A DNA stretch of 64,000 nt from positions 163,680,001 through 163,744,000 of the forward strand of contig NC_042997.1 in assembly GCF_006345805.1 (NCBI RefSeq), in the 5' to 3' direction. The position numbers and the translations under genes are program-made. Source of the stretch: Octopus sinensis. Its lineage: Eukaryota. Shown one piece after another: positions 22,795-36,835 of the stretch. The first letter of the stretch is position 1. Every line of letters starts with the position of its first letter. The notes under the pieces are model-generated. The model had not been told where the DNA came from and searched no databases. It saw nothing but the letters and a program-made list of their open reading frames with translations.

Positions 22795-25422
22795 GTAAGT
22801 TAGACATGGATGTTTATAACTTTTCTTTAATGTTGCATAGCTGAATAAAGATAGTACATGTTACTATTGGTACTTATATATACATACAGCTAAAAAAAAA
22901 AAACTTTTAAAAATGTTATTTGTCAGTTCATCTCATTGATAGCAAACTGTTGATTGATAATATTTATTTTGAATAGTTTTCGGCATATGTACAGTATGTT
23001 TCAGTACTATATATTATAATTGTAGGACATTAACAAAAGAAAACACTTATAAATTGCTTCCCCTCCCCAAATGAAAATAAAAAAAAAGTAGTTGACAATA
23101 GCTGAAGGGAAAGTAGTTTATCTTAGATTCAAATATCTGTGGTGTATACACACTCAGTGGTTGGCTGATTACTTTCAATTTCCAGTATGACTATAGTCCC
23201 CGCTGCTGATAAATTTACTGTTATAAATCTCATTCAATTAAACTTTACAAGTTTTATCTTTCTTTTTATTTTCTTTCTTTTCTTTTTTTTTTTTGTTAAT
23301 TTGAATTGAATTATCATTTCTCTTCTCAAGTAAATTAGCAGTCTCTGGTTTCATATGTAATTTTTACAAATCTTAAAATTTGTAAAGCACCGTATCTGTA
23401 AATATCCTGTAATAAGTATATATATTAATTGCTATAATAGAAAAGAATAAAAATAATTTTCTTGATTTTCTTATCGAATTATGTTCCAAAAATCATGACT
23501 GGAGAGTGAATATTTAAAAACATCTACTTGCTTTTGTATTTTGATTTTCATATATACGAAATTAAACTATCATCTTTTTTCTCATCATCATCATCATCAT
23601 CATTGTCTCATCATCACCATCAACATCGTGGTGGTGGTCATCATCATCATCATCATCACAGTGGTGGTGAATGTGATGATGTTGATGATATTTGCTTTCC
23701 ATGCAGGCATGTGTGGGACGTACCATTGCGGATTGAGGATTATGTCTTACTCAAAATATTGTTTTTAGAATGGCTTCTATTGACTGGATGCCTTTCATAG
23801 CACCAACTGATTTACAGATTGCTGTGAACAGACATCAGTTACAATTCTAAACTTAGACAACTCTTATTATGCTTCCATTTTCCATTAGTATTTTTTTTGC
23901 AAGTGGTGAGAATGACATTGCACGCGTGTGTGCGCACATGCACACACATACACACACACACATTTTATTGATAATTCTCATTAGAGTCATTTAATTAGTA
24001 CTACGTTCCCTGGGTAATCTACTTAATGATGGAAGTGGCTTTTGTTAAAACAAAGTTGCTAAAGTAAAATATGTGTGCAAGATCAAAGAGCAGTTGCCTT
24101 TACTAACTGTCTACTCATAGTAGAGTAGATTGCTTTCCTTGTGTGGCATAATACTTCCATGAAACAATAATGGCAACAATATCAACGTATTTCTTGTACA
24201 TTATCCGTGAAATGCTTCAAGTATAATGCTTATTCATTTTCCTGTACAGAATTACCAAATGGAAAGTTTAATTTTTCATATTTTTCCTTCATCATATAAT
24301 GTATAAAGGCATTAGAATTAGTAATTATAAAAGTTGTGAGCATGATTGAGTTGTTAAGAAATTTGCTTCCCAACCATGTAGTTGTGGGTTCATTCCCACT
24401 GCAGGACACCCTATGCAAGCTGACCAAAGCCTTGTGAATGGATTTGGTTGATGGGAACTAGGAGAGGTCTATGTGTTTGCTTACATATTCTCTGAATATC
24501 ATAAACTACATGCAGTGAAGCTTTTGTCATTTTTCCTACCAATAAATTGTCTGTTGACATGGGAAATAAGAAATCCTTTATTTGAAAGACAGCCAACTGT
24601 CAAGAAGAGCATCCGACTGTATAACAATGTCTCAATTATACATTTGTCTAATCCATGCTAACATTGAACAAACATATTTGAAAATGAATAAACAAATGAA
24701 TGAAAATATCTTTTGCTTTTAAATTTTGAAAATTTAATTGATCGAGCCTGGTGCAGCCTCTGGCTCACCAGTCCTCAGTCAAACCATCAAACCCATGCCA
24801 GCATGGAAAGTGGGCATTAAACGATGATGATGATGATGATGATGAAATCTCATTATTCACCTTGCTTTATAAATGATGAAAAATGTCAACATTGTTGTAA
24901 GGAGGTGACTTAAGGTTATTTTAATTATTCTTCACAATTCTTTCTCCTAAGAATTTTGGTCCTCACAGTGACTGTCACATTTTTAGGGTTCTAAACTTGA
25001 GTGTAAGGTATGGATATGGTTAAAGTGTTATAATGTATAGTGTAATGTACAAAAGGTCTGCTGTTGTCATTTACATACTGCTTCTTCTTGCTATTAATCT
25101 GAAACCATCCTGTGAGTTTTTTTTGTGTTGCTGTTCTACCATTACTCTGAAATGTTTGTGTCCATTCTGACACAGCAATGCTTTGTCTCCATAGAAAGTG
25201 ACCTCTTCATGGTAAATAAGAACTATTAATTTATCATTTTGCATTCCAATTCTAAATTTTTCGCGTTTAATTTGGCTGCTCCATTAAACTAATTGCTAAT
25301 TACTAGTAAGTGTAAACTATTTCCTGTATAAATATCTAAAAGCAGATGAATTTCATAATTTATATCTAGTTATCTTAACTAACTTTTTCTAAGCATGTAA
25401 ATTTTTAAAGATACATAAAAAA

Positions 25423-25579
25423 TGTGTGGTAAGTAGCTTGCTTACGAACCACATGGTTCCAGGTTCAGTCCCACTGTGTGGCATCTTGGGCAAGTGTCTT
25501 CTACTATAGCCTCAGGCCAACCAAAGCCTTGTGAGTGGATTTGGTAGACGGAAACTGAAAGAAGCCTGTTGTATATATG

Positions 25580-25625
<46 letters not shown>

Positions 25626-25850
25626 GGTGTGTGTATATATTTGTGTGTCTGTGTTTGTGCTCCCAACATTGCTTGACAACTGATGCTGGTGTGTTTACGT
25701 CCCCATAACTTAGCGGTTCGGCAAAAGAAGCCGATAGAATAAGTACTAGGCTTACAAAGAACAAGTCCTGGGATTGATTTGCTCGACTAAAGGTGGTGCT
25801 CCAGCATGGCCACAGTCAAATGACTGAAACAAGTAAAAGAGTAAAAGAGA
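25423..25850 (+). mobile_element. tRNA-derived SINE (family 1), near full length
   Basis: B-box-like GGTTCAGTCCC, CORE-like block, internal (TA)n/(TG)n and (GTAAAAGA)n tail. Confidence 0.88.
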
Positions 25851-28800
25851 TATGTCAATTTATTAAATTGATAAATTAACTAGGATGGGATAATTACAAA
25901 ATCATATGTTTTGTTTCCTTATTTATCTCTATTCTGAAATGTTACCATTATTTAGACTTGTAGAATGTTTTCCTGATCTTAGAATGTTTAATTCTTTTGA
26001 ACCAACTTGCTTGAGACTGTCTTTAGTTATGTTACAACAGTTTTAAACTGTTCATCTGCTTAAGATTGTTTCCTGTATTAGTGGGTATTTATCTTCTGAT
26101 ATTTATCATTAGTTTTATATTTTTTTTTCTCTAATCAACACCTGCAAAGTGGATCTAAGAAGCAGCCCAAACCACTTGTAGCTTTGTAAACATTTACCTT
26201 GACTATTGAAAGTTTTCTATGCAACAAACTATATTGATTTTTTATATATTACTATAGTAAAGTAAGTTGCATTAAATGGTCATCATCATTATAATTCTCC
26301 TTCTCCTCCTCCTCCTTCTTACCACCACCATCACCGCCACCTCTTCTACTATTATTGGAATTCGTGTTTTTCTCTGCTTGCTTGAGTTGAACAGATCTTC
26401 TCTGCTCATTTTCACCTATTATTCAATCTCTGAAGCCAGCATGCTGAGATCTGACCTTACCATTTCTTTTCATGTCTTCATAGACATGTACTCTCTTCAT
26501 CCTGTGCTCATTGTCTCCTCACATCATTCTTTCATGTCAAAAGTCATCAACTATCTTAAAAGCTCATTCACTCTCTCAGTTCTCATATGCTTCACCTTTT
26601 AAATAAATTAACATTCAGTAGACCGTTCTCACCTCATTTCTCATTAACCTCTGAAAAATTTCCCACATTTAATAGCTATGTCTCATTATCATGCAACATC
26701 ATGCTTCATACAGTCCATTATTTGCACTAAAAGAGAAACCTTTTGTTGTCAGTAAAGACAACTGCTCCTTGATCTTGCACACCTATTTTACTTTAGAAAC
26801 TTTGTTTTAACTAGAGCCACTTCCATCATTAAGTAGATTACCCAGGGAATGAAGTACTTATTAACTGACTCTAATGAGAATTATCAATTAAATATAAAAA
26901 ATAAAATCCTCAGATATTATAAAAACAGCTACCGTTAGATTTCTATATTTCTGAGATGAAGTTTTGTATTTGTAGTTAAAATGCATTATTCTATTATCAA
27001 TGTCATCTTTTTATTTACATTATCTTTTGGTCAGTACATTCCCTGGACATCTTCAGATTTAAAGTCAAAAGCCAGTGGTCCTTTTATAAATCACAAGTAT
27101 CAACCGCCACTCAGTAGAATCAATAAAAGCATTGTAAATTGCTTTAAACAGCAGGCAAATCCAACAGCGTCAGTAAAGATTCTTATAAGCAAGAACTTTG
27201 CTATCTAATGGATATATTCCTGAGGCACAAATATCTAGCACATTATATAATGATTGCATTCATTACAAACATGATTCAAAAGGAAAATTCTAATTCCTTG
27301 GTGTTACTTTGTTACTGGTTGGGAAGACACACAGAATCATCTGTGGTTAATAGCTAGCCAAGAAGTGACTGGAATAAAAGTAATCATTTATTCCTCTCAC
27401 TTCTTGATTTTATATCAATGTTTGTGGAAGAGTGAAAAAATAACTTGTTAGGATTTAATTTATAGAACATTAGATAGTTGTGATCAAAGGGAAAATAACA
27501 ACATTGTAACTCGAATATATATGTAGAACATATGGAACAAAACTGAATGTTACATTCTATATGGAATGTGATTTCACTTACAAAGTACCTTAATAGACAC
27601 AAAAACAAAAAAGTTATGGTGACAAAATATATCAAATTTATAGTTTGATCTATAGGTATATTTCACCCTTTAATGAAATTTTTGACTTATTTCTATCCAT
27701 AGAGTATAAAATTGTTGAAAGTCTAATGTTTATTAGATATGTGCATTTAAAAAATGTGTATATAAAAAAGATAGAACTAGAAAATGATTTGACAGTACAC
27801 CCATAAAAATACAGTTTAAATAAAGAAAAAAAAAACAAAAAAAAAACATCTCCAAATGACTAATATTATTATACAACATATAGTGTAATATGTTGTTTTT
27901 ATATATATTCAGAAATTTTTCAATGTACATTTTCCAACTCTGCAAAGAGTGCCGTCTTCATGAAGCCATTTAGCCATAATAAGCACATGTGTGTTGTTCC
28001 AGAATCAGTTGATAGAAATAATTACTCTTATGCTTTTGTAGCATAGCAGAATTTATCAATTAGGAGTTGCTCATAAGAGGAAGCATATGGTGTGTTGTTA
28101 AATGCAATATCGGTATATGAATCGTCAGTATATGAAGGAAATGTATTTTGTTATAGATCTTGTAGTAAAAACGGTAAGGTTTTGTTTTTGCTATTATTAA
28201 ATATTAGTGATTTTTTGATTCCTATTATTGACATTGAAAGTTGTTGCAACTGCTAATTAATGTTTCAAAATGCTGTCATGTAATGTTTAGCTATACAGAG
28301 TTTAGTGCAACAGTTCAAGTATGTTTCATCCACTTTGCTGTCTGGCTAATGTGGTGTGGCAAAAAATTCATTGGTAATTGCAATGGTGGTGGGCAAAGTG
28401 ACTTGGCGAGTGAATGATAGTTTCAAAGCTTTAAAATGTTGTTAACCTTGGAGTTTAGGTAAGAAAAGAAAACTAATTTTATAGTACTTTTGGTGTTTGC
28501 TGAACTTGATTAGTATGGACAATAAGTTTAGCATTGTGGTGAATTAATAATGTTCTGGAATGTTTTCAGTGTGTGTTTGTGGTTCCGGGACTGTGTTGTT
28601 TGCATTAGAGTACATTGTTAGATTTTGAATTCAAGTTCTTTTGCTTTGTTGCATATGTAATCAAGTGTCATAGTGCACAGTTTAATTATACCTACTTATT
28701 ACAATGCAAAGAGCAATCCTTTGAATGGTTCTTTATTTGATGTGATTTGTAGCAAAGATGTGTACTCAAACAAAACTGATAAGCTATCCTCATACTTTCT

Positions 28801-31800
28801 TTATCTGGGCTATTACTCTGTTACTGACTGACTGACTGAATAAATGTTTATGGGAGGTTTCATAAGTTTTGTAATAAGGTTATGTTCTTTGTATAGTGTG
28901 TGAATGACTTTGAAGTGCAGTGAGTGGCACCTAAAATCTTTATGTCTTCTGCGTGCAAATGAAAGATACATGTCACAAAGTATTCTCTATTGTAAGCTAG
29001 CGATGAGTTTAATTGGTATGACTGTTAATGTATATGATTTAGTTTTTATTTAGTATAACTGAAATTGGTGTACAAGTATATATAGTATAAAAGGAAAAAA
29101 TGTGATAAGGAAGTTGTAAGCATATTATATACACATTTTGAGTTGGGATGCCATGCATATAGAGAATATAAAGATTTTAAAAAATTAGACTTCAGGGAGA
29201 TATTTTATTGAATACTAAACATGATCGCTAAGAGGTAGTTGACTAGGTATCTGTTTATCTTGCCTTTTAGAGATGTTCAAAATGTCTTGTAGCTTTGAGA
29301 TTTTGATGATTACATTGTAGGCTAGGTACAAGAGACCAGATTTGGCTAGTTTGAACATATAACAGGTTGAATATTTGGGCTGGATATGGCTGGTTTAAAA
29401 GCTAAAGAGTTAACTGTGGTTATAATAGGATATTCCATTTTAACGCTATTTAATAATGCTGAAAATTTTAGAAGTGGTATAATATTTATTTGAAGAGGTC
29501 AAAATGGTTATGTGAGGATTCTTTACTTTCAAGATGGGATGGAGTGTAGAAGAGTGTAATTAATTTGCAGAAGTTTTCATCTGGTTTACCTAGTTTCTAA
29601 AGTTTCTCTAGTTGAAAATGTTCATGGTTTTTGTTGAATACACTTTGTTATATGTGATCAAGTGTCATAGTGTGCAATTTGATTATACCAGCTTATTCTG
29701 ATGCAAAGAGCACGTCTACAATGATTCTGATGACTTTTGAAGTGTTTTATTACTGTATGTATGTTTTTACTATATTTAGTTTTATTATTTCTCTTTATGT
29801 AAAAAGAAGGATGTTAATTTAAGTTTTACATGAAAGATGCATATGCAACATTTTTATAATCCCACCCTTTTTATGTGGTTTTTGGTGACTGATTTTTATA
29901 GAAATTTTTATCTGATTGTTGGATGCAAATCAACTGTAGGTATTTTTTTGTGCTACTTATGGTTTTGTAGTGCAGAATAGATATGAAGGATTTTTAACAC
30001 TTTGTTAATTGTCTGTTATATTTTTCTTCACTGTTAAATATTTTTTCATGTGTCTGCTGTGTATGTGGTATTAGAACATATTGTACAAGATCTTTTCCAG
30101 TTACTAATAGTTCTAGTGGTATGGTTGGAGTCTTGATGTGCATTTTGTTTCTTAGATATTTCTGTAGTTATTTTGTTGGGTAAGCACACTAGTACATAAG
30201 TTGGTGGCATGGGTTTTTTTTAAGGTCAGTGGAAGTAGTTTTGGCCTCTTTTTAAATCCAGTTCTTATGAAGCTTTTGTATATTTTGCAAGAACTGTCAG
30301 TAGGGTAGTTGATTATATTATAAATGAGATTTCAATGATTCTTGTGCACAGGATATTGGATAACTAGATATAGCTTTTAATCTCCTTGATGTCTTCTTTA
30401 TTTCCAAACTTGATTTCTTCATTAATATTTCTAACATTTCATCACTATATTATTGTTATGTCCTAATTACATACACCATATTATTATCTACAGACTTTGC
30501 ACAACCTGATATATCAACTTGTTAGCCTGACCTTTTCTAACTATATCCTGATTATCTATAGCAGCAAATTACTTGTCTCATACTCCACCCAAGCAGCCTA
30601 AAATATCATACACATCATTGTTATAATGCTCCACTGAATCTCTAAATTCAAAGACCATTAAACATATGTTGCAGTCATGTCTATAAAAGAGAATGCACAC
30701 TCATCACTTCCAAATTGTAATTAAAAAAAGTTCTTTTTTCTGTTTTCCCTATTTTTGCCAATATGTCAACAAAACCCAGCTACCATATCCTGTCATACTA
30801 GTTACTCAATTTGTTTGCACTTCAATCTTCAATCTCTCTAATAAATCTATCAGTTACTCCTCCCTCTTTCTATCTCAGTAATATTCCACATTCTCTGATT
30901 ACAGACAAGCCATTGCTTTCAAACATCCTTCATATGATATCTTTCAAACATTTCAAAACGTGCTTAGAAAACAAAAAGTAACTAACAGACCTCTAATGAA
31001 GCAGGTGTAGACATGGTTATGTGGTTACAAATTTTACTTCTCAACCTCATGCTTTCAGGTTCCATCTTAGTGTTTGGTACCCTGGTCTTCTATTATAGCC
31101 TTGAGCTGACATGTATGTGAGTCAAATTTGGTTGACAGAAATTGCACTGAATCCTGTTTTGTGTGTATAAAAAAATGTGTCTATGTGTGTGTGAGTATTT
31201 GTTTTCTATCTCTTCAGATGAGACCTTATGAGCAACAAGCATATTTATGCCCCCTTTTATCTCATAACTTGGTAGTTGCATCAGTTTTGATGTATGAAGA
31301 CAGTGGAATCGAAAAATATCATACTTGATAAACAAGTGTTGACAACAAGAAGGGCTTCTGGCTAAAAAATGATGATGGTTGTGGCAGCAGTACTGCTACT
31401 GTTGCCATTGCGGCTGCTGCTATCATAGTTGTAAATTTGTACAACATGAAACAATTTTCTATCCTTGATGGCTTCTGATATAGCTTTGCAAAACAAGTTC
31501 ACTGTCATCTTTTACACAAATGGTTTTTAGGAAGATGATTTCTTATATAAACTAATGATGAGCTTATGTTTAAAGCAGTTCATTTTTTTTGCTGTTGCTG
31601 TGTTACATTTTTATATCAGTTGAGGTATTTCAGTAGCTATTAGAATTATGCTTGTATTGTTGTTTGAATTCTAAGATTCAAGAATATTAAAATAGCTGAT
31701 ACTTCCAAACCATTTCTCTATGATTTTTTTGTGTATCAACATACATGCATATTTAGCATAAATGAAATTAATAGAAAATCTTTCTGTTGGGCTTATGGAT

Positions 31801-32076
31801 AATTCTTTTAAGTGCTTTTATTGTTAAGCTTTACTGTCAATAATTTAGTATTAATCATACTTAGTGATGTAGTTATTGATACTAGAAAGGGCTATCTTTA
31901 TCTCTTTTTTTAGTTTTTGGATGAAAATTTCAACAAAAGTGACATAAGTCAATATTGTTTATATAAAAATTAACTAAAGTTTAGTACATTCTTTTAGACC
32001 TTGAAAAATATATTATTCATTGGCAGTAGACATTTTTAAAGTACAGTACTATGACAAACATGATGTTATTATAGTT

Positions 32077-32499
32077 TACTCTCTCTCTTTACCCTCTCTT
32101 TTACTTGTTTCAGTCATTTGACTGTGGCCATGCTGGAGCACCGCTTTTAGTTGAGCAAATCGACCCCAAGACTTATTCTTTGTAAGCCTAGTACTTATTC
32201 TATCGGTCTCTTTTGCCGAACCGCTAAGTTACAGGGACGTAAATACACCAGCATCGGTTGTCAAGTGATATTCAGGGAACAAACACAGACACACAAATCT
32301 GCACACACACATATATATATATATATACATATATACGACGGGCTTCTTTCAGTTTCCGTCTACCAAATCCACTCACAAGGCTTTGGTCGGTCCGAGGCTA
32401 TAGTAGAAGACACTTGCCCAAGGTGCTACGCAGTGGAACTGAACCCGGAACTATGTGGTTGGTAAGCATGCTACTTACCACACAGCCACTCCTGTACCT
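32077..32499 (-). mobile_element. tRNA-derived SINE (family 1), full length, CpG-rich (young)
   Basis: Complete reverse complement of the family, with A-box-like TGGCTGTGTGG and a B-box-like motif; many CpGs retained. Confidence 0.9.
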
Positions 32500-33003
32500 T
32501 AAATATTTCTTGTATGTAAGAAAAGAGCAGATAAAAGTTTTATGTTAAATAGACACTACAACTGATATGCAAACAATGCAACTATAAAAGTTAGAGTATG
32601 ACTGATAATATTAATATGAGGATAGATAATTTAGAACATTAAGTGTGTTAGCTATTTTGATATTTATGACAGTATGAGAAGCTATTAACCAAGGACATAA
32701 AATTCTGTCTGATCTTTCACTGTAAGAAGTAAATAAGTTCTGTTATTCAAGTCACCTAAACTTTGATTGGAGAACTACAAACAGCAAAACTGCCAAGTGA
32801 TTAAGTGCTTAGGGAACTACTGGCCTTACAGAAGCAAAAGAAATTTTAGTCTTTCTTCCTCCAAAATAAGTTTGACTATGTGATGCAAGTCCTTATTATA
32901 AGTGTCATGAAGTTTAAGCGTAATGAAATGTTGGCATTAAGTGTAATAAAGAACAAGTTGAGCAGCAATTGGAAATGATCTTTTAGATCAGAATGTAAGG
33001 AAA

Positions 33004-33184
33004 TACTGTATTTTAACATGTATAAGGAACTCTTTTTAGTCAAAAATTAGGTTAAAAAAATATGGGAGTTTCTTATACATGGATAGAATTATAATCCCTT
33101 ACAAAACTTTTTTTCCAAATTTTAGGCCCCAAAATTAGGGCTTCTTTACGCATGAGCGTTCCTTATACAAGTTAAAATACTGTA
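33004..33184. mobile_element. Tc1/mariner-superfamily (Tc2/pogo-like) MITE
   Basis: About 27-bp inverted termini TACTGTATTTTAACATGTATAAGGAAC / GTTCCTTATACAAGTTAAAATACTGTA with TA ends. Confidence 0.75.
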
Positions 33185-33449
33185 CACTGTTTTGTAGATC
33201 CAACTGAATCATGCCATTATAGGTTACACATTTGAGACAAATAATACTGTGTTAAGTTATATATCATACAGACTACTGTAATCTATTCAAGAATCAGTAC
33301 TCATTGTTATTGTTTTTAATATTCTTGTTGAAAAGTATAAGACTGTTTAAAATATTTTCTTTTGTTTACAGATACAAAAAATAAACTTATAAATATATAT
33401 TCTTTTTGTAAATATTTAATATATATATTTTTATTGTTTTCTCTTTCAG

Positions 33450-33921
33450 AAATTCTCAGAATGGCTGATATCGAAAATACACAAACTGTTGATTCAAATA
33501 AACAATTTAATAAAGAAGTATTGATTAAAAGCAGTATAGAAACAGAAAATATAAGTGTCTTAAAGTCAAAAGAAACAAAGTATCAGGAGACACATAAAAA
33601 ACTTAATAGTGAAGCCATAAGTGTTTCAAAACTTAACAAAACTGACTCTGGAAGTGTTCAAACAACATCAGTCACAAGTACAAAAATGAAAGAACACCGA
33701 AGTATACTTATAAAAGACCAGAATGGAGATCAGCCTCGAGGAATTTTGAAGAAAGACATTAGCTTTGATTATAAAACAGAAGATATTAAACCAAATTTAG
33801 ACAGTTCAGATAAAGAAAACTCAACACCAGTTCTTAAAAAACAATCAATGTCAACTAAAGTAGTATCTAGATCTTTATCTTATGAAGAATCAAAAGCAAT
33901 TGAAAACCAGTCTTTAGAAAG
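33450..33921 (+). CDS. SVIL: Supervillin exon (E)ILRMADIENTQ...RGILKKDISF...ENQSLE(R)
   Basis: ttttctctttcag| acceptor and AAAG|gtaaga donor. 472 nt, phase 1 to 2, matching both neighbouring exons; low-complexity S/T/E/K-rich linker. Confidence 0.9.
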
Positions 33922-34391
33922 GTAAGATATGATTATTATTATTAATAGTAATAACATTGTAGAAATATTAATCACTTACCTTGTTAAAATTTTAGAAATG
34001 AAAACATTTATTTATCTGTATATTTTTTATTAGGTAGTGGAGTAACAGGATTTGTAGCTTAACAGACTTTTAGTTATGTCACTTTACATTCTGAGTTCAA
34101 ATCCTTCTAAGGTTTGATTGTGCCTTTCAATATCAGAGGATGAAAATATAAATAACAATTAATAATAATAATAACTAGCTGGACCCCTGAAAAATTCCCA
34201 GAAAATATAAAAAAATGTAAGCATCTGTAAATTGTGTACTGGTGCTATGGTACAACCAATAACTATATAAGCCAACCAAAATATCTCAGTTACACAAACG
34301 TAAACAAAATTACTATTTAGCCTTAAAATACATCGTACATATTCAAAGAACCTTCTTGGTTTAGTGATACCAGAAGTTCTTCCGGTATTTT

Positions 34392-34712
34392 TTTTATTCT
34401 TTTACTTGTTTCAATCATTTGATGGTGGCCATGCTGAAGCACCACCCTTTAGTCGAAGAAATCGACCCCTGGACTTCCTGTAAGCCTGGTGCTTATTCTA
34501 TCAGTCTTTTCTGCCAAACAGCTAAGTTATAAAAAATGGGGATGGAAACACACCAACATTGGTTGTCAAACAATAGTGGTGGTGGGACAAACACAGACAC
34601 ATACACACACATAAAAATATAATATATATATATATATGATGGGCTTCTTTCAGTTTCCATCTACCAAATTCTCTCACGAGGCTTTGGCCAGCCTGAGGCT
34701 ATAGTAGAAGAC
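34392..34712 (-). mobile_element. tRNA-derived SINE (family 1), 5'-truncated
   Basis: Tail and central block match the 32077 copy; the head is missing. Confidence 0.8.
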
Positions 34713-35234
34713 ATTCTATAAAGTATAGAGTTGAATTTCATGTAGCCACCTGTTGGCAACTTTTCTGCCCTGCCTATTTTGTAGTGGGTGTAACCCACTT
34801 TTCTGGGCTCTTTTTCACAGTTACACCCTGTTCAAAATTTGCACTAGTTTTTGTATGAAAAAAAGGTAGTGGGGGAAGAGGTTTGTTTGTAGTTTGTTGA
34901 GAAAATGTTAAACATGCCTGAAAAAAACATCGTCTTTCCCCCCCCCCCCCAACTAAAAGACAGGAAGAACTATGAAAGAAAGTGAAAAAGGAGATGGGGG
35001 AAAGAACAGAGAAATAACAGTCAATTGTTCTAGAACTCCCAGAATAAAAACATTAACATCTGAAAGACTTTCTCTCTATTCATTACTAAATGTCTTTCCT
35101 TCTTCTTCATTGTTAAAAGTAAAGAAGCTAGAAAAGATGGATTGTATTTCAGTCTAATTGTCAGTGTAAATGACTAAGGCTTTCCTTTCTCTGTCTCTAT
35201 TATTTCACGCCTTTTCTCTATGGTTAAGAGAGTG

Positions 35235-35533
35235 AAGGTGTGTGGCTCAGTGGTTAGGGGTATTCAGCCCATGATTGTAAAGTCATGAGTATGTGTTTTT
35301 GAGCAAGGTACTCTACTTCACCTTGCTGCAGTCCACTCAGCTGGCAAAAATGTTGTAGCAGTAATTCAAAGGGACCAGCCTTGTCACATTCTGTGTGAAG
35401 CTGAATCTCCCTGAGAACTACCTTATGGCATACATATCTGTGGAGTACTCAGCCACTTGTGCGTTAATTTTATGAGCAGACTGTTCTTTGATCAGATAAA
35501 CAGGAATCTTGTTGTCATAACTGATGGAATGCC
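35235..35533 (+). mobile_element. tRNA-derived SINE (family 3), with a partial second copy at about 35850-36005
   Basis: gtgtggctcagtggttag tRNA-like head; the internal segment gctgaatctccctgagaactac is repeated at about 35930. Confidence 0.65.
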
Positions 35534-36259
35534 ATTTTTAAAAAAGAGTGAAAGAAGAAGAGATATTCCATATTGTATGGCAAAAATGTCATGTTTTCAG
35601 AATAAGCAGTGAAAGTTAAGACGAAATAATTGCTATTCTGTGATGTATTTACCCTCGTCTCACACTTAGTTTGATAACAACAGCCTGCATATTGGTGTTT
35701 ATCTGGGGGCTTGGCCTCCAGATCTGCGAGACCCACAAATGCTGCTGTTAGGACTGGATTAACTCCTATAGTGATCTTAATGACTAAAAAGATTTTCCTG
35801 CCCCTATATAGGATCTTTTTTCATTTTCTTCCAACCACTTGAAGGTTTATCTTGCTCCAGTTCACTCAGCTGGTCAAAATGAGTTGTAGTTGTAACTCAA
35901 AGGGTCCAGCCTTGTCATATTCTGTGTGAGGCTGAATCTCCCTGAGAACTACATTAATGATATGCATGTCTGTAGAGTACTCAACCATTTGTGAGTTAAT
36001 TTTATCCTTGTGTGGTAATGAAAAATGAAAGTGACTTTATATTTGCTGTGTATATGTATCTATGTATCAACTTTTCTTTGGATCTATGTATCTACTGTCT
36101 CTCTCACTTTCTCTCTTTCTCTTTCACTTCCCCTGTGTCCCTCCTCTCTCTCACTTTTAATTTAACAATGTGTGTATGTATCTATGTATCTACTTTTCTT
36201 GCAATGTGTTAAACATTTAAAAACACAAAACGAGTGCTGTCAACACTCACTGTCTCTTT

Positions 36260-36835
36260 CACTTTGAATTTGAACTCAGAACATAAGGACAGATGAAATG
36301 TTGCTAAGCATTTTGCTTGGTATCCTAATGATTCTACTAGCTCATCGCCTTTAATAAAAATAATAATGATAATAATTCTTTCTACTAAAGACACAAAGGC
36401 TGAAACTTGGTGGAGGGGACTAGTTGATTACATTGCACACCCCCATCCCCAAGTGTTTCACTGGTACTTAATTCATTGACCCTGAAAGGATGAAACGCAA
36501 AGTCAACCTCGATGGAATTTGAACTAAGAACCTAGTGGCAGCTGAAATACCGCTAAGCTTTTTGCCTGGTATGCTAACAATTCTGCCAACTTGCTACCTT
36601 AATAATAATAATAATAACAATCCTCTCTACTATAGCTACAAGGCCTGAAATTTTTGGGGAAGGAACTAGTCAATTACAGTGACCCGAGTGTTTCACTAGT
36701 AGTTAATTTATCGACCCCAAAAAGATGGAAGGTAAAGTCGACCTTGGCGGAATTTGAACTCAGAATGTAGTGACAGGCAGAATACCACTAAGCACTTCAT
36801 CTGGCATGCTAATAATTCTGCCAGCTCACTGCCAT
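36260..36835 (-). mobile_element. Three head-to-tail family-2 SINE copies separated by (AAT)n
   Basis: Repeated gaatttgaact(c/a)agaa and ctaagc...ctgcca/ctagctc segments at about 36260-36352, 36375-36600 and 36618-36835. Confidence 0.75.

Noticed and set aside
28380-30700. Old repeat-like region with a diverged direct repeat of about 75 bp (28658 and 29655)
   Set aside because: Probably decayed retroelement sequence, but no family-defining motif was recognisable.
33362-33449. N-terminal extension of the 187-aa ORF (and C-terminal extensions of ORFs 17486 and 60295)
   Set aside because: Intronic read-through; splice sites and phase continuity define the real exon limits.
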